From: Fimbriosthenelais zetlandica
Taxonomy: Eukaryota
Assembly (NCBI GenBank): GCA_977030845.1
Contig: OZ365114.1
Coordinates: forward strand, 24,800,001-24,864,000
Length of the DNA stretch: 64,000 bases
Direction of reading: 5' to 3'
Numbering within the stretch: the stretch's first letter is position 1; each line of letters starts with the position of its first letter. Under the pieces are notes generated by a model that had not been told where the DNA came from, did no database searches, and was given only the letters and a program-made list of their open reading frames with translations. Shown here in pieces: positions 1-10,296 of this stretch. The translations under genes and the position numbers were made by a program.

Positions 1-252
1 AGGTTGATTTAAAGCTAATCAGATTATTTGTAGGATTCACCAATGCATCTACCCATCTTTCCATGTAATTTTCCTCAACATTGCAATGCAGGCCTACATG
101 CATTACATTCATAAACATCATATACCTCATTAAAAGTCTTACAGGATTTTAATTAATTTTATTGCATTTATTTCAGTGACCACCCCAACAGTGGAAGGGA
201 CGTGGAAAACTCAAATGCTCCTGAGAGAACATCCTCTCCTCCTCGTCTACGC

Positions 253-267
253 TGACGTCACTTCCGG
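253..267 (-). promoter_or_regulatory. Overlapping ETS-CRE composite element (CCGGAAGTGACGTCA on minus strand) ~400 bp upstream of the ATG
   Basis: The + strand reads TGACGTCACTTCCGG: full CRE palindrome (253-260) abutting the ETS core CTTCCGG (261-267). A CCAAT is at 534-538. Confidence 0.5.
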
Positions 268-558
268 CCGATGCCCAAACCACACCACCTCCAAGTGACA
301 TTTGCCGAAAACCCAGCGGTAGAAAGGTCGCCCCACATATGAGAGTCTATCTTAGTATAGGAATACTCGAGAGATAACGGAAAATCAACAAGAGACCTTT
401 TTAATTTTTTGTTGGGAGTATGAGTAGTATTATTCTACCATCGGAGGATAAACTTTTAATGGAAGGTCGGGAATAGAGGAGCAGTGATTGATGGGAGGTA
501 ATCCCACTGGTCGCTAGGAGCATGCAGTATAGGCCAATGCAAGCAACTTGCTTGCATT

Positions 559-658
559 ATGAACTAAAAGATGACCGAAGGAAAATTCAGTATGTAGGCT
601 TATGTTGATAGTACCTCAGATGTTGATGAGTTGCCTTTGAGCAAAAAACAACATGTGA
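559..658 (+). promoter_or_regulatory. Four back-to-back short upstream ORFs (559-567, 571-597, 602-640, 653-658)
   Basis: ATG AAC TAA; ATG ACC GAA GGA AAA TTC AGT ATG TAG; ATG TTG ATA GTA CCT CAG ATG TTG ATG AGT TGC CTT TGA; ATG TGA. Relevant only if this stretch is in the mature 5' UTR. Confidence 0.35.
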
Positions 659-662
659 AAAA

Positions 663-3177
663 ATGAAACGAAAGTTGAAAACACTAGATGTCCCTTCTCT
701 TATTGGACACCCTCTTAGGGGTGAGAGACAAGGTGGGCGAGATGATGAGAACGATGTCAGCATGACCAGAACTGCCTTACATAGAATCAGCAGGGCATTA
801 AGAAACACAAGTAGATCTGGTGTTGCCCTAGAGAGCAATGGGGGTGGAGGCCAAGGGGACCTGGGTGCTTTTGGAGGCAGTTTGGAGGGGAGCCAGCAAC
901 AACGGCTCTGGAGGCAGAAAGAAAGCCAAACCATTTTTCATGAGGGTCTACCAAAACAAAGTGGGCAACAACTGGAGCAATCTCCAACCGCAGTGTATAA
1001 CCCGTCCACATCTCCAGCCTCTCAAACTGGCGATTATACTACTCCATTATCACAATCCCTGTATAAGGGATTGGACCACAACGCTGGAAAAGAGGACAAA
1101 AGTGTGTTTCCTCGCTCAGTAGACTTGGTCAATAAAGAAGAACATTTTAATGGAAATATTGGCACTGTGGGCTCATTACATGGTCGCGACTCTGTCATCC
1201 CTGCCCGCAAATCACTCAGTTCATGGGGTCTGGGATCAAGATCAAAAGGTCTAGAGGAGCCACCAGTGGTCATCAAGGAACTGAACCAGCCCCAGAAAAA
1301 TGCCCAGGTCTATACAACTAACACATTTCACAGAGTGGGGTGGGGTGAGGGGTCCACCCATTCAACTCCATTTCCCACCCACTCTTCTGCACCAACTGCC
1401 TCTGGCCCCCCACACAAACTGCCTCCGACTTCTGCTTCTTTTCATTTCTCAACCACCACTGCCTCAACAAGCTCTCCTACGGGCTCCTCCTTGCATCCTT
1501 CTTTCCCAAGCCACCACCATCATTCGAACCCTGACATTGTCGCTGAAGCAGCACCGCGGGCTAGAGTCAATGGATCAGAGCATGCCTCTTCCTCCTCCCC
1601 CTCCACTTCCTCCTACTCTTCCTCCTCCCCACCTACTCCACCTACTCCCGCAGCCGTTTTCTCCCCTCCTCCTGCTCCTGAGTCGCATCCCTCAGCCGCT
1701 CAACTTCCACATCAGCCTACTCTGCTCCTCCAGCAGCCAGTAAGAGGAGGAGGGCCTCGGAGTTTCACACCTCCTCCCAATCTCCTCCAGTCTACACCTC
1801 CTGTGGCTGAACGTTACTCCTCAACGGTACCTACTCCAGCAGGACATCATAATGGGTACAACCCTTCATTCCACCACAGGAGGCCTACCTCGATTGGAAG
1901 TATCAATGAGTATAGGAACTTTACAAAAAGTCCTGAAGAGGAGAGTGGCCACAACAGCAGCATCAGCAGTCATATCAGTAATGGCAGTAGAAGTACTCCC
2001 TACATCTATACCACACACCGGGGAAGAGAGAGCGGGCTACTGACACACCTGAAGGACGACTATAACCATGTCTACACCACTGATTATTCCCAATCCCAGG
2101 TGGGTGAGGGTGACCGTGGCTTAGCAGGCATTACTGGCAGTAGCAGTCGCGGTCGTGGTAGCATTGGACCGTATACAAACTACACACAAAGTGAATGGGA
2201 CGGTGATCATGGTACTACACTTAGTAGTGGGAACATTACCCATACATATACTTCAAATGATACATACACAGAGGAAAAAATAAAAGACCAATCAACTGAT
2301 ACCAAATCTTATCTATGGGATCACCTTACTCAAGTGTATGAGACAAAAACTGAGGAGGAGTACTCAAATACCACTGGAGGGATTAATTTACACAGGGATA
2401 TCGGATCATCCCCCAATGAGGATTTCTACCAAGGAGTTATCTCTAATATAAGTGATGTCTTCTACACCCAATCCTCTTCTGAAGGCCAGAACACAACAGG
2501 TTTTACTCAATATATCAACACCACACAGGTCACTTACGATCAAGAATCTACGGCCAATTCTTCGAGTACTATCTTCGAAACATCGACAAAAGAATCGGAG
2601 GAATATAATCACACTTCTAAAAGAGATCACTACACGTCTTGGTTCAGTGGAGGTGTTACGAGCATCAATAAGAATTACACTGATAACTACACCGACAATA
2701 ATCCTACATCCTCTTGGTACGCTGACCTTAACTCATCACTTGGGATTGTTTCCAGTGAAGAAGGGAGTATCTTTGGAGGGAAGAATAACCTTACAGAAAG
2801 TTTTCTTGAGTTGTCTGGCAATAGTGGCAGTACTACTATGGGCATGGAGCCCACCATCTACTGCCGTGGATCATTGTGCTATGATATCTATGGGGAAGTA
2901 GCCTACAACTTAAGCCTGCCTGATACCAATAGGAGTCTGTATGGATATGGGAATGGAGTGGGAGACCAAGGGGAGGAAGGAGGGGTGAACTGGACTATCC
3001 TCCTCCTAGCCATTGTGGTGCTAGCCGGGGTCACAGGGAATGTACTGGTCTGTATTGCAGTCAGCATCGAGAAGAAACTTCAGAATGTCACCAATTATTT
3101 CCTCATGTCGCTTGCAGTGGCTGATCTCTTCGTTTCTTTGTTTGTCATGCCTTGTAGCATTACACATGAGTTAATGG
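663..3177 (+). CDS. HTR2: First coding exon of a 5-HT2-type serotonin receptor (aminergic class A GPCR): ~776-aa N-terminal region + TM1-ICL1-TM2; gene continues beyond the window
   Basis: The end of ORF 663-3239 reads [64 protein letters not shown]. This has the TM1 GN motif, the 5-HT2-typical ICL1 [16 protein letters not shown] and the TM2 LAxAD motif (compare human HTR2A, recalled: NWSALL...[32 protein letters not shown]...MP). Similarity stops at a G|GTGAGT donor at 3177/3178. In-frame TGA upstream at 627-629. The 5-HT2 subtype is by motif recognition, not by search. Confidence 0.85.
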
Positions 3178-3183
3178 GTGAGT
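3178..3183 (+). other. 5' splice donor (GTGAGT), phase 1, ending the first coding exon
   Basis: TTA ATG G|GTGAGTAC: consensus donor exactly where GPCR similarity ends; the ORF then runs only ~20 unrelated codons to TAG at 3237-3239. Confidence 0.9.
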
Positions 3184-6100
3184 ACACTATTACTAATCTA
3201 TATTCTTCTCATATTCATTGTTTGCCGGCTCAGCTATAGGAAAGACACAATATGCATACAAACGACAGGTAGATATATTGAGAGAGGGGTTGCCTTTGTT
3301 TGCCAAAGGAAGAAGGAAATTATGTTGTTACTGAAGTCTTTGTGACTCTTTGTGTCCCTCAGGTGTAGATGGGATCTCTTTGGTAAAATGTCTCTAAGGT
3401 CTGCGTAAAAAATGAAACTCGTTTTTTTGTACAGGACTACAGTAATTTGTTTTCTGACTGTTTCCAAAATCCCTACATGTTGACCCTCATGATCTCCTCT
3501 GTTAGTTCTCCCTCAATATTTGTGAAACCTAGCAAATGTAATCCCTCAGGTCCGGAAGGGAGAATAAACTGCTTACGTTACATAATTTATGTGAGAAATG
3601 AAATATAAATGAAATCAGATGGGAAATCTCCATTCTCTGATCTCCATTTAGCAACTGTAGATAAACATGATACGAGAGAATGCAGAGTTGAGATTGCCTC
3701 CTGATACCCACCACTCCCCAATAGATCGTAATTGACAGATCTCTGATTATCTTGATACGGTCTTTTTTTGGCTGATATGGAAGCCGATATCATCACTTGC
3801 CTCTGGATCTTGCCTTGAACATTGAAAATCAAAGGTCACATAGCGATGCCTGTAGGTACGAGTCTGAGAGAAGGACAGAATGACAAGATTGAGTTGGCCA
3901 CAGGGGAATCTCCCCTTCGAAAAGTTACATGATAAGGGATCATCTATGCAGTTCATACTATAATGTGCCAAATTCTGCCAAAGGCATGTAGTGTCTTAAA
4001 GGGAGGACTGGACCTTATGCTTCGTAAGCTGAATAAGTCGTCCATATAATGAGAAACGACAGCTGCAAGTTTGGCACATTTCCCAACACTCTAATTGATG
4101 ACCATTCTTAATATTCTTGATTGTAACAGCAAAGCATTATATGGCATCCGGTCTTTGTCTTGTGGAGTCTTCGTTTGAATGATTGCAAATACAAGTAATT
4201 ATGTACTATATAGCCTATAGTTTCTTTTCAAAGGTCCAGAGGACTGTAAGAGATACTATCCACTTATCTAGCACTAATCCTTCTCAATAAATCGAATGAA
4301 AATGAGGTTTGTCTTGAGGTCGAGATTGTGATATAGAATCTAATTAGCTTGGACGTTGTCAGAAAGGATCTAATCAAGTTTTTAATGGAAATGTGATGTG
4401 ATTGATAAGATAGCACCATACCCTATTTCACCTCAGTGTTTCTTGGATGCTTCTCCAGCAGGGTTATATAACCATGCATGGCTGATATTCACTACAATCT
4501 TAGAGCAAGGTGACGTATTTTATTGTGTTCTGTATTGGAATATTCTTAGCTTCGCTAACGTCCGAATATTCTGATGCATACTATAGGCATGTGTCTGGTT
4601 TTATAACTACTGAACTTTCAGAGGTACTACCGGGAAGTATTCCTCGATCTTGGCAAGCTGCTGTTATACAATGACCCCAGCCAGAATAGTGAATGTCGGA
4701 CTCAAGATCACAACAAACAAGAATCAGGGCCGTAAAAGCATAATAAATTATTGCTTTATTTTGTCACTTTTCTATATCCTGGGGAACAAAATAATAAATT
4801 GGAACATCCGGGTCAAATGAAAGATACTTGTGTTCGTTTGACAGGACGTGGGAGTTTGGTTGGTATTAATTTCGCGGGGAAATGTGTGTGGAAACGATAC
4901 ATAACGTTCATTGTAATCTAAGATTGAGAAGTTGTTCCGACAGACCTTGCTGAATTGAATTTTGATTTAAAAGCCTGCCTAATTTAATTGCTCGAAACAG
5001 ATACTGATTACCATGCATTGAGACATCCTTATTTGTCTGGCTGATACTCGATCTGTTCCGAAATCAATCCAAATGTTTTCTACTTGGTGATTAGGATGTA
5101 AACAACCCATCTATGCCAAGCAGGTCATTAAATATCATACAACTAGCTTTATTTGGAGAGAGAAATTACAGAACATTCATTTATCAGTTATAAACACTCA
5201 CGATTTTATGTATGGGACTTACTACATGAGGAGATTTTTCATAGAGAAGAGCTTATAACTTAAACTTGGTATAGCTCTTATTGTATGGTGCTCCAGACAC
5301 GTTCAGTCCATGGCCACAATATAATATCACATTTAGCATCGCCCATTTTGTCTGGCGTGCCCGATTTATGGGTTTTCCATGGCCCCTGTATTCATTTCCT
5401 CCTGGGGATTCCTTATTTTATTTCCGGGCTAACGGCTTCATCTGCTAGTGTTTTCCTTTTGTCTCTGGCACGCAAGAAAATATTATCTTTGTTACGGCTG
5501 ACATGTACACGTGCAATACACTGAACAAATTTCAAGCCATTTTGCCGATAGGAAATAAAGTGCTTAGAAGAACGAAGTCTGTCTGTTATTTCGATCATTC
5601 AGACCTACGTTTATAGCTGCAAGTCATCAGATATTTGTTTCTTAGATCGTCCTAAAACAAGTTCACCGGTATGTGCAAGTCATCTAACTATATACATGGT
5701 GATGTATAATAATGCACAAATAACCTTACATTTGAATTGATGTTATCTGCAGATCTGTCTATTTTTTGTGAATGTCTGCTGATCAGATTTCTGTCAGACC
5801 TCAATATATATCATCATATAACCAGATGATATTTTTGCTCGTGGAGAGCCTTCCACACACACTCATATATATCTGGGTTGGTCTGACAGCTCAGTGTGGA
5901 GTATAAGGTTTCTTGAGCAACATTCCCAAATTTGGCGACTTCTCTCTTTACAGTCCATGACAGCACTCATCTATCTTTGGCTGATATAGTCTTCTATTAC
6001 AAATGATGTCCATTCTGCATGGTCTAAAGAGTGTCACAGTATGTATAGGACAGTTGTATTACATACCTCAAAAACGTAATGGTCGCTATATTGCACCTGA

Positions 6101-9100
6101 TGAATACTTTTGGATCGTCATTAGTGGAAAGAGTGGTCCTATATTTCATATTTGTTTCACAATATTGAGCGTAACACCTTCCAAATATCCAGTCCACAAC
6201 CCATATCTTTTCGATCACGAAATAGATCTAAGAAAGCACTTGTGTTTATCTACTGAAAATGATCAGCAATTTCGGGTCGAATATATATATTCTATAGGAC
6301 AATACTATAATTTTTAGGTCGCATGTTATAGAATAATTCATCAAAATCTGTCTAGCTTACACGTATGTCCATCACGAGCCATCTGATCAGCCTTCATCTC
6401 TGTATGATCTGGTTTACAAAGGCAGTCAAGCTTGACTGAAACCTTCAGCTTGACCAAATATCACGATTTATTCACTCAGTTGCTATAACCGTTCTAAAGA
6501 CGGCAGAACCTGTCTAATTCGTCCTTGTTTCTTCCCTTCATTCCCTCCTCTCATCCCTGTCCATATGGTGATTCCTCTAAAGCTGTCCAAGTTTCCCTCA
6601 TCAGATTCTTCTTTATCTTGCTGCTTCCCTCTATTCTTACATTTATTCCTTCATTCATTCCACCCACACTACTTCTTTTCTTAGTCTTCCTCAACTGTGT
6701 TGAATAAAAAAAAAATAACATGATATCATCCGCAGATCAAGCATTGGGAAGTAAAACTTCAAGCATATGTCAACTACATTTGTGTAGGGGAAATACTTGA
6801 AAAGAATCTTCAGTAGAAGCTTCTTTAAAAACATTATATATCTCCTATAGTCTTGATGTTAAATCACTCCAGTGAGTGCTGCATAGACATGCATTTGTTG
6901 TACATGTCAGGAAGACTAAGTAGTTGTTTTTTATGATACTATGTAATTGAATTAGGGCATGTCGGCTTGATGGTAATATCTATGATATATCTCCAATTAT
7001 TTTAATTTTTCCCTAGATGATGTTTTATATATGACTCATGGGGAATGCTTCACATGATCTGCGCAGCAGCCAATTGAAAGGAAGGCAATTCGATTCCTTC
7101 AATTGCTTTCCTCATCCACATTCCCTCACATGATTAACTCATCCACTTCTCCCTCCCATTCACACTGATGTAGACAGATTACATGCGGAAGAAAAATTAT
7201 TCTAATTTAAAGATTCCTAATTTCGATACAAATGAATGTCTTTCCAGCAAGGAAGAAATATAGCCCTCACCAATAGACCACGGTTAGATACATTCCATAC
7301 ATGCATGTAAGTGAATAGAAAGAGGAAAGAAAAATGTTAGTGTCTGCTCTCAGCTCTGGTATAGACGCAGTACTGCAATTTGCAGGGGCAGCCATCTACG
7401 CCATTTTGAGCTGGAGCTTGTTACTTGATTCTAAAATGATGTGAGAATCAATTTTTGGAGTACATGGGTATTACTTCATATAGATCCCTACTATTTATGA
7501 TTTCTCAATAAGTTGGTTCATACAGTCAAACTACCAGGGTATATAGTCACGTAGATGTGTAAGTTGATCCTCGAGCCTTTCTTCTGACACGTAAATATTG
7601 CACGTGAAAGCCGATAGCTGGCGTCAATATTGGGCTATTGGACAGAGGAGCAAGTTTACGAGGCAAACAAGGGGGGACGGCAAGAAAACTACAATTCCAT
7701 AACTGCTGACACTTTTATTGATATGCAGTACCTGATTTTCCGGGCTCATTCGAAAATTATGAACGTTGAACATTGTCCTCTTGAGTTTCATGGTGATTTT
7801 GGTACACATAATTTTTGTCCATGCATGTGTTCTAATTGATCTTTTGGTTTCAATTGGCGAATGATCTGAAAGATATATCTTTCAGGTTGCGTCCTTGTTT
7901 ACATATTTGTAGTTCTTTTTAAAACAGGGAAATATCTGTTCCTTTCAGACGTTGGGTAAATTGCGAACTAAATGCTAGGGTTTTACGAAAGTAAAGTACA
8001 CAATGTAGTGCCCTAAAAATAACAGTCATTTCTCCTCCTTTATAATGCCTCTGATAAAAACCAACATTCCTCTTCATGATGATGCTAATCTGCAGGCGGC
8101 AATTGATCTCAACCTTTTGCTCCCGACCACCCACAACTGGGCATAAAGAAATAATGACATTTTCTAAATGAATGCTTGAGGTGTAGTCCAAGTAACTTGA
8201 CTCTCTTTATAGGTCCTGTTTACAGTGCTAGAAGAAGCGAAAATGTACCAGAATTATTCCCATCAAATCTCTGAACTTAAAAAGAATGATGAGCACTTAA
8301 TTAGCCTTACTAACTGCCATCAACGTGTTCTTCCTGCTTTGTCCAATGCAATGTGATTCCCACCGCCTAGCCCAACAACCCACAATCATATCAAGCGCCA
8401 CAAAAGCCTGCCCACAATATTAATTGTTCTATTGATTAAATTTACACCAAGATTTAATAGCCCGCTGCTATAACAATGCATTGAGGAAAAATGTGTCGCT
8501 GTTTTATTGGCGAAAGGTGTCTTTTCTTAGCAAAGCTTGCTCCATCAATTATACATGCGCTAAGAGGCTGCTGATTATGTCAATTATATTTGTTCATTAC
8601 CCATTAATAAGATGGAGGAAAATGCTGATGTGATTTAGGAGCTGAATCTAATTGAGACGCGCTTGAGTAATCAGGAGACCGATTTAGGCATCGTTCCCCA
8701 CACAGAAACAAGAGATTAAACATCCATATTAACGTTTTCTTGCTCCTTCTTAAGTGCATACAATCAAGTTGATAGATGTTTACTTATTGATGGTTGGGTC
8801 AGAGTGGGGGTCGTATCTTCACTAGACACCACTAAACACTCTATTCAGCTTTTTTCATATTCCATCCATTCCCCTTTTCATAATAAAAGTTCCATGAGGT
8901 ACTTTGTTATAGGCATCTCCGAAACCTGTGAAACTCATTGGCAGAATGTCAGTGCATGGCACTAGTCTTGTTAAAATAATGCTGAACCTCCCTCAGGCTC
9001 TAACTTAAGGGAGCACGTAGCATATCTCTTGTTAATGAGGGTGTTGATTAATGGTGGCTACCATCAAATTATCCCACCAGATGGAGACAAATAGGGGAGC

Positions 9101-10260
9101 AGAGGCACGCTTATTGACAAACAGCGTATACATCATATACAACTCATTTATAATTCATCTTGGGTAGTTTTGCTGCAGAAAAAAATCTCCACTAACAGTG
9201 AATGTTGTTGTGAAGTGAAGGAGTCTTTAGTTATGGCTTACATATATATGCTCTTTGATCACTATATTGTCCTTATTAGGTAGGAAGCAAATCGCTGAAT
9301 GGCTAATTGTGAAAGGCTATATGATCAATCAATGCATTAGTCCCTGCAATCACTCACTATCTAATAAAGAAGTTATTTTCCGCAATCTGAAATATTACCT
9401 CGTTTCCTTCTTGTCAGAGGAGCGCTATGTACATCTAAATAAGGACATAACTATTCTTATCCATTATATTCCGCCTGCCTGCATTGGATCCTTGCGTAGG
9501 AACCTAATTTGTTTAATGTAGTATTTAGGATTAATAGTCTTTTTCTTGATCCGGGAGATTTGCAATACGAAAGATTGTAAATACGAAGAATCTAAAAATA
9601 TTATTCATATTCGGAAAGCATTAACTTTCTCTTCATTCCTGATTAAAAACTGGAAACGGCGCCATTGTTGTCTCTCTTTCTCACGGAAATTAAATGGGAA
9701 TTTCCAGAAAAAACACATAGGTGGTAAGAAGTAAATCTCTAATTTTAAAAGCTGGTGACAAATGTAATTGACAGGGGGGATATTTTCTGTGGAGCGCTGC
9801 CTGAAAAACTTTGGCAGAGCCGAAGGTAAAAATGTCTACTTGGCCGCAACACGTGTAGTTTCTCCTGATTAATCGATTGCTGTACTCCATGGTCGCACAA
9901 CAAACTATTCAACATGCTTTACTGTTCAGGCTCCATGAGCGTGAAAGCGACAAGTTGAACTATTGCTGTGACTGTCCTTCATCAACTTGACTGACGATTG
10001 TTGTCTGAGAGATCATGGGGATGGAAGACTTCGAGTGTGTGTTTCCACACCTGGTCAAAGGTGGCTACGGTCAATATAAATGGGTGAAATTATACTGCCT
10101 GTCAATATTAGAATGAAGAACATCTCATTGGCGAATTCTAGCTGATTAGGTAGGATGGAAGGCAGTTTAACTTGTTTGTCGTCTTGTTCACTAGTCAATT
10201 CTGCAGTGTATTGAATTGCTAAAATGTGGCAATTTTTATATTCCCTTATTTGGTAATGAT

Positions 10261-10296
10261 TTCTTAAAGGTTACCTCTTTCTTAAAGGTTGCCTCT
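10261..10296. repeat. 18-bp tandem duplication
   Basis: TTCTTAAAGGTTACCTCT / TTCTTAAAGGTTGCCTCT (1 mismatch). Confidence 0.9.

Noticed and set aside
1300-1743. 147-aa alternative-frame ORF (and antisense ORFs 587-934, 787-1011, 1034-1276, 2406-2630) overlapping the exon
   Set aside because: Explained by the low-complexity, stop-poor Pro/Ser codon composition of the real frame; no recognisable motifs.
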